DNA of 64,000 nt from a bacterium (GTDB lineage Bacteria > Elusimicrobiota > Elusimicrobia > UBA1565 > UBA9628): positions 34,458 through 98,457 of the forward strand of contig JAJZAK010000001.1 of NCBI GenBank assembly GCA_021799485.1, written 5' to 3'. Positions 17,309 to 25,504 of this stretch are shown piece by piece. The first letter of the stretch is position 1; every line of letters begins with the position of its first letter. The position numbers were made by a program, and so were the translations under genes. The notes under the pieces were generated by a model that was given only the letters and a program-made list of their open reading frames with translations, was not told the origin of the DNA and did no database searches.

Positions 17309-18379
17309 ATGGCGACTCTTTTTACCCCGCTTAAGCTGCGCGGGACGGAATTTAAGAACCGAATCTTCGTCTCTCCCATGTGCCAATATTCAAGCCGGGA
17401 CGGGCTGCCGACCGAATGGCATCTTGTCCACCTGGGTTCTCGCGCGGTGGGAGGAGCGGCGCTTGTGATGGCGGAGGCCACTGCCGTGAGCCCCGAGGGA
17501 CGAATCTCCCCGCGGGATTCCGGCCTGTGGTCCGACGCCCACGCGGAAGCCTTCGCCCCCATCACGCGTTTCGTGAAGGAGCAGGGCTCGATCCCGGGCA
17601 TCCAGCTCGCGCACGCGGGACGCAAGGCCTCGACGCCGCCGCCTTGGGAGAAAGCTTCCGGCCGGTTCGTGCGCCCGGAGGACGGCGGCTGGACGCCCCT
17701 CGCCCCCTCCAGCATCCCCTTCGACGCAGGCTATCCCGATCCGCGGGAGATGACGTCGCGGGATATCCGCCTCGTCGCCCAGCAGTTCAGCGAGGCGGCG
17801 GCGCGCGCGCTCAACGCCGGTTTTGAAGTCATCGAGCTCCATTTTGCCCACGGTTATCTCGTCCACGAGTTTCTCTCGCCCCTTTCCAACCGGCGCGAGG
17901 ACGCCTACGGAGGGAGCTTCGAGAACCGCGCGCGTCTCTCCATCGAGATCGTGCGCGCCGTCCGCAAGACATGGCCCGAGCGTCTCCCTCTTTTCGTGCG
18001 TCTCTCGGCGACGGATTGGGTCGGGGGGGGCTGGGACCTCGATGAGTCCGTCGTGCTCGCGCTCAGCCTCAAGACCCTGGGCGCCGATCTCATCGACTGC
18101 TCAAGCGGAGCGCTTGTTCCCCATGCCAAGATTCCGGCCGGTCCCGGCTATCAAGTCCCCTTCGCGGAGGCCATTCGCGAGCGCGCGGGCATCCCCACTG
18201 CGGCAGTAGGCTTCATCACCGACCCGGTCCAGGCCGAGACGATCCTCGCGACGGGGCAGGCGGACGCGGTGTTTTTGGCCCGCGAAATGCTGAGAAACCC
18301 TTATTGGCCGCTCGAAGCCGCGAAAACGCTGGGCGTCGACGTCCCTTGGCCCCGGCAGTACGAACGCGCTAAGCTTTAA
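17309..18379 (+). CDS. namA: Old Yellow Enzyme family NADH:flavin oxidoreductase (NamA/YqjM-like)
   Basis: LFTPLKLRGTEFKNRIFVSPMCQY, HLGSRAVGGAALVMAEATAV, IQLAHAGRKAS, IELHFAHGYLVHEFLSPLSNRR are OYE signatures. Confidence 0.85.
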   Translation: MATLFTPLKLRGTEFKNRIFVSPMCQYSSRDGLPTEWHLVHLGSRAVGGAALVMAEATAVSPEGRISPRDSGLWSDAHAEAFAPITRFVKEQGSIPGIQLAHAGRKASTPPPWEKASGRFVRPEDGGWTPLAPSSIPFDAGYPDPREMTSRDIRLVAQQFSEAAARALNAGFEVIELHFAHGYLVHEFLSPLSNRREDAYGGSFENRARLSIEIVRAVRKTWPERLPLFVRLSATDWVGGGWDLDESVVLALSLKTLGADLIDCSSGALVPHAKIPAGPGYQVPFAEAIRERAGIPTAAVGFITDPVQAETILATGQADAVFLAREMLRNPYWPLEAAKTLGVDVPWPRQYERAKL

Positions 18380-19353
18380 TTTTCCGGCAGGTCGAGGTTC
18401 CGCAAGCAGGCGTCGACGATGTGGCCGGAGGAGATGCCGAACTTCTCGTAAAGCTCGGCGGGCAGGCCCGACTCTCCAAAAGCCCGGGCGCCGAGCGCCA
18501 CGACGGGCACCCCGAGAGCGTCCTTGGCGGCGCACTCCGAGACGGCGGAGCCAAGACCGCCCACGACGTTATGATCCTCGACCGTGACGATGCGCTGGCT
18601 TGTCTTCGCGGCCCGGACGACGGCCTCGCCATCGAAGGGATGAAGTGTCCCGGCGTTCATGACCCGAACCTTAAAACCGCGGCTCTCGAGCTCCCGCCCG
18701 GCCCGGATCGCCTCGGGAACCGTCCCGCCGCTCGCGAAAATCGTCGCCTGAAGGCGGCTCCGCCCGTCCGGCGGGCGGGCGACGCCTCCCGGGGGGCCGA
18801 AAACCTCGTCCGCGCGTCCCATGCAAAATTGATAGTCGGCGCCGTGGCAGTCGTCAAGTTTTTGGCGGGTCAGCCTCAAATAAACGGGGCCCTCATGCTC
18901 GAGCATCCAACGGACGGCCTGCCGGGTCTCCGCGGCGTCCGCCGGCTGAAGAATGATCATGCCCGGCAAGGCCCTCAGGGCCGAGACGTCCTCGAGGCCC
19001 ATCTGGGAGGCGCCGTCCTCGCCGATCCCCAACCCCGCATGGGTTCCGACGAGCTTGACGTTCGTGCGGTTGTAGCCGACGGCGACGCGGATCGTCTCCA
19101 AACGGCCGGCGAGAAAGCAGGCGAAGCTCGTCATGACCGGAATTTTCCCGCAAAGCGCCAGCCCCGCGCCCACGCCTACCATGTTCTGCTCGGCGATGCC
19201 CAGCTCAAGATGGCGCGCGGGAAACTTCTTCGCGAAGGCCTGCGTCATGGTGGACTTCGAAAGATCGGCGTCCATCACCACCATGTGGGGGAATTGGTCC
19301 GCCAGTTCGACGATCGCCTCGCCGAAGGCCTCGCGCGTCGCGGCGCCCGCCAT
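18376..19353 (-). CDS. transketolase, C-terminal (pyrimidine-binding) subunit of split enzyme
   Basis: HLELGIAEQNMVGVGAGLALCGKIPV...GLGIGEDGASQMGLEDV are the transketolase Pyr-domain and C-domain. Confidence 0.9.
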   Translation of the reverse strand: MAGAATREAFGEAIVELADQFPHMVVMDADLSKSTMTQAFAKKFPARHLELGIAEQNMVGVGAGLALCGKIPVMTSFACFLAGRLETIRVAVGYNRTNVKLVGTHAGLGIGEDGASQMGLEDVSALRALPGMIILQPADAAETRQAVRWMLEHEGPVYLRLTRQKLDDCHGADYQFCMGRADEVFGPPGGVARPPDGRSRLQATIFASGGTVPEAIRAGRELESRGFKVRVMNAGTLHPFDGEAVVRAAKTSQRIVTVEDHNVVGGLGSAVSECAAKDALGVPVVALGARAFGESGLPAELYEKFGISSGHIVDACLRNLDLPEN

Positions 19354-20210
19354 CAGGCGAGCTCCTTCAAGGCCTTCTCCAACTCGTCTTTCTTGGGCGC
19401 CTTGCCGTGCCAGGCGGGATCGTTTTCCATGAAGGACACCCCCTTGCCCTTGACGGTCCTCGCGACGATCATGTGGGGCCGTCCCGTGGCGCTTTTCAAG
19501 GCCGCATCGAAGGCGCGCTCCACCGCGGCGAAATCATGGCCGTCGATTTCAACGACATCCCAACCGAAGCTGCGGAATTTTTCCGGGAGCGGCTCGACGT
19601 TCATGACATCGCGGACGTGGCCGTCGATCTGGCCGCCGTTGGAGTCCACGATCGCGATGAGGCGGTCGAGCCCGAACTTGGGCGCCGCCATGAAGGCCTC
19701 CCAGCATTGGCCTTCCTGGAGCTCGCCGTCGCCCAGGATGGCGAAGACGCGGCAGCTCTTCCTGTCCATCCTCCCGGCCAGGGCCATCCCGATCGCGATG
19801 GAAAGTCCTTGGCCCAAGGAACCCGTCGAGGCCTCGATGCCGGGCAGGCGGAGGCGGTCGGGATGGCCTTGAACGGGACTTCCCAGCTTGCGCAGGGTCC
19901 AGAGCTCTTCCCTGGAGAAATAACCCGCGCGGGAGAGAACGGCGTAGAGAGCGGGACAGGCGTGCCCTTTCGATAGGACAAGACGGTCGCGATCCGGCCA
20001 ATCGGGGCGCTCGGGGTCGTGGCGCATGACACGCCAGTAAAGGACCGTCAATATATCGATGATGGAGAGGGATCCGCCGGGATGGCCGGAGCCCGCCTCA
20101 TAGATCATCGTCAGGATATCCCGCCGCATCTCGCGGGCCAGCGTCTTCAAATCCTGGCGCGCGGGCGATTTTCCGGCGGCAGGCGCCACGGCCGTTCTCT
20201 CGCGGCTCAC
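19353..20210 (-). CDS. transketolase, N-terminal (TPP-binding) subunit of split enzyme
   Basis: GSGHPGGSLSIIDILTVLY, LSKGHACPALYAVL, ILGDGELQEGQCWEA are the transketolase TPP-binding motifs. 1-nt junction with the C-terminal subunit gene. Confidence 0.9.
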   Translation of the reverse strand: MSRERTAVAPAAGKSPARQDLKTLAREMRRDILTMIYEAGSGHPGGSLSIIDILTVLYWRVMRHDPERPDWPDRDRLVLSKGHACPALYAVLSRAGYFSREELWTLRKLGSPVQGHPDRLRLPGIEASTGSLGQGLSIAIGMALAGRMDRKSCRVFAILGDGELQEGQCWEAFMAAPKFGLDRLIAIVDSNGGQIDGHVRDVMNVEPLPEKFRSFGWDVVEIDGHDFAAVERAFDAALKSATGRPHMIVARTVKGKGVSFMENDPAWHGKAPKKDELEKALKELA

Positions 20211-20229
20211 AAGACGATTTTAGTAAATT

Positions 20230-20238
20230 TGATAGAAT
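20230..20238 (+). promoter_or_regulatory. extended -10 promoter element TGATAGAAT about 10 nt upstream of punA ATG (short or leaderless 5' UTR)
   Basis: AT-rich TGnTAnAAT motif in GC-rich context. Same motif recurs at 32574, 40181 and 51926, and in a weaker form at 11753, each just upstream of a gene start. Confidence 0.4.
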
Positions 20239-20247
20239 TCGCGCGCG

Positions 20248-21072
20248 ATGAGCTATGCGGACGCCGTGCGCCGAGCGGCCGGCTTCATCGCCGCCAGAGC
20301 GCGGAACGCCTCCCCCCGTCTGGGCCTCATTCTCGGAAGCGGGCTCTCGAGCGCCGCGCCCGAGCTTGAAGATCCGATCTCCATTTCTTACGGCGAGATT
20401 CCGGGCTTTCCCACGACCGGGGTGCCGGGACATGAGGGCGTCTTGATGATCGGCCGTCTGGGACGAGCCTCCGTCGCCATTCTCAAGGGACGCCTCCATT
20501 ATTACGAAGGCCACTCCATGGACGCCATCGCCTTTCCGACGCGCGTTCTGGGGAGTCTCGGGATCGAAACTCTCATCATCACGGCGGCCGTCGGCGCCGC
20601 GAAACCGAAGATGCGCCCCGGCCATCTGGTGATCCTCAAGGATCACGTCAACCTGATGGGCGTCAACCCCCTGCGCGGCTCCGACTCCGAAGTCTTCGGC
20701 CCCCTTTTCCCCGATCTGTCGGCGGTCTACGACCCGCAGCTCCGGAGCCTGGCGCTCAAGGCGGCCCGACGCAACCGCTTTCCCGTTCACGAAGGCGTCT
20801 ACGCGGCCTTGAGCGGACCCAGCTACGAGACCCCGGCCGAAGTCCGGGCCTACCGCCTATTGGGCGGGGACGTCGTGGGGATGTCCGTCGTCCCCGAGGC
20901 CGTCTGCGCCAAGCAAATGGGGCTCAAGGTCGCCGCCGTCGCCTGGGTCTCCAACATGGCGGCCGGGCTCTCCCGCGTCCCTCCCCGCCACGAGGAAGTC
21001 CTTGAAATCGGCCTGCGAATATCGGCGCGCCTCAAAAAGCTCCTCGAGGATTTCCTCCCCCAGTGCGCTTAA
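20248..21072 (+). CDS. punA: purine nucleoside phosphorylase (PNP/MTAP family I, trimeric type)
   Basis: LGLILGSGLS, GFPTTGVPGHEG, GRLHYYEGH, GMSVVPEA are PNP family motifs. Confidence 0.85.
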   Translation: MSYADAVRRAAGFIAARARNASPRLGLILGSGLSSAAPELEDPISISYGEIPGFPTTGVPGHEGVLMIGRLGRASVAILKGRLHYYEGHSMDAIAFPTRVLGSLGIETLIITAAVGAAKPKMRPGHLVILKDHVNLMGVNPLRGSDSEVFGPLFPDLSAVYDPQLRSLALKAARRNRFPVHEGVYAALSGPSYETPAEVRAYRLLGGDVVGMSVVPEAVCAKQMGLKVAAVAWVSNMAAGLSRVPPRHEEVLEIGLRISARLKKLLEDFLPQCA

Positions 21073-22370
21073 TCGACCTCATCGAGAAAAAAGCTCGCGG
21101 CGGCGGCCATACGATCGAAGAGCTCCGCTACATCGCGGACGCGGCGGCGACGGGCTCGGCGCCCGACTACCAACTGGCCTCCTGGCTGATGGCGGTGCGG
21201 CTGCGCGGGATGAGCGTCCCGGAGACGGCCGATCTGACCCTCGCCATGGCGGAGTCGGGCGACAGGCTTGATTTTTCCTCCCTTCCCGCTCCCAAGATCG
21301 ACAAGCATTCGACGGGCGGCGTCGGGGACGGGGTCTCGCTTTTGCTGGCGCCTCTCGCCGGCGCGGCGGGCCTCGCCGTTCCCATGATGAGCGGCCGCGG
21401 GCTGGGCCACACGGGCGGCACCTTGGACAAGCTCGAGTCCATACCGGGGCTGCGCGTCAAGCTTTCCGCCGCGGAAATCACGTCCCAAATGGCGCGCCTT
21501 GGAGTCTGCCTCTTCGGGCAGACGGAGACGCTCGCCCCCGCCGACCGGAAGCTCTACGCCCTGCGCGACGCGAGCGCGACGGTCGCCTCTCTTCCTCTCA
21601 TCGTCTCGAGCATCCTCTCGAAAAAGCTCGCCGAGGGCCTGGACGCCCTGGTTCTCGACGTCAAGGCAGGCTCCGGGGCGATTTTCGAGAGCTCCCGGCA
21701 GGGCCTCGAACTCGCGGCGTCCCTGATCCGCATCGCCAAGAGACTTCGCCTTAAGTGCGCGGCGCTCGTCACCGCGATGGACGAGCCGCTCGGCCTCGCG
21801 GTCGGCAACGCCATCGAGATGCGCCAGACGATCGAGATCTTGAACGGCCGCGAGGAGCCCAAGGATTTCATCGACTGCGCCCTGTCCCTGGGCGGCTGGA
21901 TGTCGTATCTCGGAGGCAGGACCAAAACACCCGCCGCGGGGCGCGCGCTCATGGCGGAGCGCCTCAAAAGCGGCGCGGCCCTCGACACCTTCAAGAAGAC
22001 CGTCGAGGCCCAAGGAGGAGACGCCGCCGTCCTCTCCTCCCCGGACAAATTGCCGCTTGCGCCGCTCACGCTCGATATCGTTTCGCCCCGCTCGGGCTTC
22101 ATCGCCCGTCTCGATGCCCGCGGGCTCGGCTTGGCGGGCGTGGCGCTCGGCGCCGGCCGCAACCGCCAGGAGGACCCCGTCGACCATGGCGCCGGCATCC
22201 GACTCTTGCGCAAGGTCGGAGCTTCGGTCAAGAAGGGAGAGCCCATCGCCCGTCTCCACGCGTCGACGCCCGGGAAGCTCGAGGAAGGCGCGCGGATCGT
22301 GGAAAAGGCCGTCGCCGTCCAGACGGCCAAGCCCCGCCCGCGGCCGCTCATACTCAGGATACTAAGGTAA
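21063..22370 (+). CDS. pdp: pyrimidine-nucleoside (thymidine) phosphorylase
   Basis: GTG start. MRLIDLIEKKARGG..., KHSTGGVGD, MSGRGLGHTGGTLDKLESIPG are diagnostic of thymidine/pyrimidine-nucleoside phosphorylase. Confidence 0.9.
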   Translation: MRLIDLIEKKARGGGHTIEELRYIADAAATGSAPDYQLASWLMAVRLRGMSVPETADLTLAMAESGDRLDFSSLPAPKIDKHSTGGVGDGVSLLLAPLAGAAGLAVPMMSGRGLGHTGGTLDKLESIPGLRVKLSAAEITSQMARLGVCLFGQTETLAPADRKLYALRDASATVASLPLIVSSILSKKLAEGLDALVLDVKAGSGAIFESSRQGLELAASLIRIAKRLRLKCAALVTAMDEPLGLAVGNAIEMRQTIEILNGREEPKDFIDCALSLGGWMSYLGGRTKTPAAGRALMAERLKSGAALDTFKKTVEAQGGDAAVLSSPDKLPLAPLTLDIVSPRSGFIARLDARGLGLAGVALGAGRNRQEDPVDHGAGIRLLRKVGASVKKGEPIARLHASTPGKLEEGARIVEKAVAVQTAKPRPRPLILRILR

Positions 22371-22380
22371 GGAATAGAAC

Positions 22381-23016
22381 ATGCCCCGCCAACTCACCGT
22401 CTGCGACCATCCGCTGCTTCAAGACAAGCTCGCCCGGCTGCGCGACCGCTCGACCTCGCCCAAGGCCTTCCGCCGGCTCATGACCGAGTCGGGGACCATC
22501 CTGGGGCTCGAGGCTCTGCGCTCCATGAAGACCCGCAAGGCCTCCGTGCGCACGCCGCTCGCGAGCGCGCCCGGAAGGGTCGAGGACGAGCCCGTGGCGG
22601 TGGTCGCCGTCCTGCGCGCGGGGCTGGGCCTCGTGCCCGGCCTCCTGCGCCTTGTCCCCCACGCCGCGATCGGGCATATCGGGCTCTACCGCAACGAGGA
22701 GACCTTGAATCCCGTGCGCTACTACGTGCGGCTCCCCAAAAATCTGCGCGCCTACAACGTGCTGCTCTGCGACCCGATGCTGGCGACCGGCGGCTCGGCC
22801 TGCGAGGCGCTCTCCATCCTCAAGAATTCCGGAGCGCGCAAGATTTCGCTTCTCTCCGTCATCGCCGCGAAGGCGGGGGCCGCGCGCGTGGCCTCCCATC
22901 ATCCCGACGTCCGGGTCTACACCGCCGGCCTTGATCCCAAGCTCAACGAGGCGGGCTTCATCGTGCCGGGGCTTGGAGACGCGGGGGACCGTCTCTTCGG
23001 GACGCTGGAGGATTAG
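22381..23016 (+). CDS. upp: uracil phosphoribosyltransferase
   Basis: VCDHPLLQDKLARLRD..., VLCDPMLATGGSA, GFIVPGLGDAGDRLFGT are Upp signatures. Confidence 0.9.
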   Translation: MPRQLTVCDHPLLQDKLARLRDRSTSPKAFRRLMTESGTILGLEALRSMKTRKASVRTPLASAPGRVEDEPVAVVAVLRAGLGLVPGLLRLVPHAAIGHIGLYRNEETLNPVRYYVRLPKNLRAYNVLLCDPMLATGGSACEALSILKNSGARKISLLSVIAAKAGAARVASHHPDVRVYTAGLDPKLNEAGFIVPGLGDAGDRLFGTLED

Positions 23017-23040
23017 CGGAAGGCGTCTTTCTCCGCTTTT
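23016..23040. terminator. weak putative bidirectional terminator between convergent upp and crp/fnr genes
   Basis: GCGGA..(11-nt loop)..TCCGC followed by TTTTGG. Only a 5-bp stem, so low confidence. Confidence 0.25.
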
Positions 23041-23050
23041 GGCGGCTTGC

Positions 23051-23794
23051 CTAAGCCCTGAGCCCCGCGAGGCGCTTGAGACCCTCGGGATCGAGGACGA
23101 GGATGTCCTTCTCTTTTTTACGGACCAAGCCCTTCTCCTCGAAGGACTTGATGGCGCGCACGACCGTCTCGACCGTCAGCCCCGACATGTCGGCCAGGTC
23201 CCGGCGCTTGGCGCCCGAGACCACGGGATGGGACTTGCCCGGCCGCATGAGACGCAGGAGCGTGTCCGCGAGCCTCCCGCGGGCGGGCTTATAGGCGATG
23301 TCGCGAGCCTTATTCTCGCCGCGCCGCACGTCCTGGGCGAGGGCGCGGAGAAGCCCCAGCGAAGCATAGGGAAACTTCATGAGGAAGTTAAAGAACGTGC
23401 GTTCGTCGACCATGGAAACGATGCTCGGCTGCATGGCGGCCGCGGTCGAGCTGTAGGGCCCTTCCTTCGCGAGCAGCGTGACATGGCCCAAGAGATCGCC
23501 CGGCGATTCGATGCGGGTGATGAGCTCCTGGCCTTGGCGGCTTGATTTCGCGATCTTGACCTTGCCCGTGCAGACGACGTAGACCCCGAGGGGCTGGGTG
23601 CCCTCATGAAAGACGACCTCGCCGGCGCCGAAGGAATTGGCGACGCGCATCTGGCGCCAGATCCTTTTCGCCTGCTTGGTTCCCAGCAGATTGTAAAGGC
23701 AGTTCTTCTGGTAGGGGCACCACTCGCAGTTGGGAGCCTCGCGCTTGGAGAAAGCCATGGCTGTTTTTATTCTCGCATTTTCGGGACCGGCCAA
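23051..23794 (-). CDS. Crp/Fnr-family transcriptional regulator with N-terminal Cys cluster (FNR-like)
   Basis: N-terminal CEWCPYQKNC, cNMP-binding-like beta-roll (GEVVFHEGTQPLGVYVVCTGKVKI) and C-terminal HTH (RRDLADMSGLTVETVVRAIK). Confidence 0.8.
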   Translation of the reverse strand: MAGPENARIKTAMAFSKREAPNCEWCPYQKNCLYNLLGTKQAKRIWRQMRVANSFGAGEVVFHEGTQPLGVYVVCTGKVKIAKSSRQGQELITRIESPGDLLGHVTLLAKEGPYSSTAAAMQPSIVSMVDERTFFNFLMKFPYASLGLLRALAQDVRRGENKARDIAYKPARGRLADTLLRLMRPGKSHPVVSGAKRRDLADMSGLTVETVVRAIKSFEEKGLVRKKEKDILVLDPEGLKRLAGLRA

Positions 23795-23821
23795 GGCAAC
23801 TTGGTATAATTTCGCGCGTTT

Positions 23822-23900
23822 GGTGGCTGTAGCTCAGCCCGGTTAGAGCGTTCGGCTGTGAACCGAAAGGCCGCGGGTTCAAATCCCGTCAGCCACCCCA
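23822..23900 (+). tRNA. tRNA-His (anticodon GTG) with encoded G-1 and CCA
   Basis: gGTGGCTGTAGCTCAGCCCGGTTAGAGCGTTCGGCTGTGAACCGAAAGGCCGCGGGTTCAAATCCCGTCAGCCACCCCA. 7-bp acceptor GTGGCTG/CAGCCAC, anticodon loop CTGTGAA, T-loop GGTTCAAATCC, extra 5' G typical of tRNA-His, discriminator C. Confidence 0.9.
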
Positions 23901-24168
23901 TTTTCGGTTTCGGGCGTAGAGAACCTCGCAATCCCCTTGAGATTTAAGGGTTTTGCGGGGTTCTAACCGTTTCATGGAGGGCCTGGACCTCGGGCGCGAA
24001 CTCGGGAAAGAGGGCCAGCGGCTTTTGCATTTGGATTTCAAGCGTTCTATCGCGCAATACAATGTTCGAACCGAGACAGGAAAGGATTTCCCGTTTGACG
24101 GCCAAATCGCCCGTCTCAAAGCGTTTTCGGGCCGTTTCCGCGAAGGATAGGAGCTTGTCGGCAGCCTG

Positions 24169-24903
24169 TTAGCGGAAGCCCGCGGCGAGCCGTTTGACGA
24201 GATCCGGCGGGTAGCCGATATCCAAGACTTTGAGCTCCCCCACGTAGCGCTTCGCATGCGCCGCGAGAAGGCCTTTCTTGGCGAGGCCGATCGTCAGCGT
24301 GAGGGACGCCGTGATGAAGACCCCGCTGTGGTAGCCCGTGTCGGGATCGAGGCCCGAGGGAATGTCCAGGGCGACCACCGGTTTTTTCGATTGCGCGATC
24401 GCCTGGATCATGCGGCGAGCGGGACCGGCAGGCTTTCCCGTCGTGCCCGTCCCGAGAAGGGCGTCGAGCACCGCCGTCGAGCGATCGAGGGCCTGGGCCA
24501 AGGCCTCGAAGCCGTTCGAGACATGCTCGACCTGGACGCCCGATTCCTTCGCGAGCGCCAGCGCCCGCTCGACCGGCGCGGGATAGCCGCCGTCCGCCTT
24601 GGGCGGGATCATGAAAACGGGTGCGTCCACTCCGTTTTCCTTGAGATATCGGGCCGCCACGAGGCCATCGCCGCCGTTGGACCCTCTTCCCGCGGCAACG
24701 GCCACCGTCGCTCCCGCGGGCGAGATCCCCAGCGTCCCCTTGAGGAAATCGAGAACTCCCAGGGCGACGGCCTTTCCCGCCTTGTCCATGAGCGCGGCAG
24801 CATCGAGCCCCTTCTCCGCCGCCAAGCGGTCCAACTCGCGCATGAAGGCCGACGTCGCGACGGGAAGGCCTTCGTGCTCCGTCGGGATCGCGGCCTTGGG
24901 CAT
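24169..24903 (-). CDS. nnrE: NAD(P)H-hydrate epimerase (YjeF N-terminal domain protein)
   Basis: AAGRGSNGGDGLVAARYL is the YjeF-N GNNGGDG motif. Stand-alone N-terminal domain, 244 aa. Confidence 0.75.
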   Translation of the reverse strand: MPKAAIPTEHEGLPVATSAFMRELDRLAAEKGLDAAALMDKAGKAVALGVLDFLKGTLGISPAGATVAVAAGRGSNGGDGLVAARYLKENGVDAPVFMIPPKADGGYPAPVERALALAKESGVQVEHVSNGFEALAQALDRSTAVLDALLGTGTTGKPAGPARRMIQAIAQSKKPVVALDIPSGLDPDTGYHSGVFITASLTLTIGLAKKGLLAAHAKRYVGELKVLDIGYPPDLVKRLAAGFR

Positions 24904-24915
24904 CCTGCGTCGACG

Positions 24916-25488
24916 CTAAAAATGCCGCGTCAGGGCGATGACCGCCGCGCCGACGAGCGCTCCGACGGCAATCAAAAGAAGAAGGAAGAGGATGATGACG
25001 GGCGAGAGGAGGGCGAAAAGCGATTTTCCCCAGCTCACCCGATAGCCCTCCTTGACGAACTTGGCCTGGAGGATGAACCGCGTCACCCAAACGGCGCCGA
25101 TGGCGACCAGGGCCTCGACGCTTCCCAACGGCCACAGCAGACGAGCGCACAGCGACAACGGGAGCGCCAACGCCCATACGCAGTCCGCCGCGCCGAGAAG
25201 ATTAAAGAGGTCGAGCGCCCTTCCGCCGCCGCCCAGGACTTCGAGGATCATGTTGAGCCAGGCGCTCAGGAAAAAACCGGCCGCCACGTGCAGAAGTCCC
25301 GACGCGATGAACCCCGCAACGGAGAAATGCCCGGCGCCGGCCAAAGCCGCCGCGACGTAGTAATTGGCCCCGCCGAAGAAAAATCCGGCCAAGCCCAACC
25401 AAGCCGGCGGCGACTGGAAGAAAAGGCCCGCGCCCTCCCCTGGATTCTCCAGGTAGACCGACAAGGTCCGCGAGGCGCCGCTCGTCAA
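24916..25488 (-). CDS. hypothetical polytopic membrane protein (Yip1-like)
   Basis: Four to five predicted TM segments, Gly-rich. No catalytic motif recognised. Confidence 0.45.
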   Translation of the reverse strand: MTSGASRTLSVYLENPGEGAGLFFQSPPAWLGLAGFFFGGANYYVAAALAGAGHFSVAGFIASGLLHVAAGFFLSAWLNMILEVLGGGGRALDLFNLLGAADCVWALALPLSLCARLLWPLGSVEALVAIGAVWVTRFILQAKFVKEGYRVSWGKSLFALLSPVIILFLLLLIAVGALVGAAVIALTRHF

Positions 25489-25504
25489 GACGACCTTGCC
25501 TCGC

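Noticed and set aside
23812-23820. TGGTATAAT extended -10-like motif immediately upstream of tRNA-His
   Set aside because: It ends only 1-2 nt before the mature tRNA 5' end (G-1 at 23822), too close to be the promoter of the tRNA (TSS would fall inside the tRNA). Possibly coincidental or serving another transcript.
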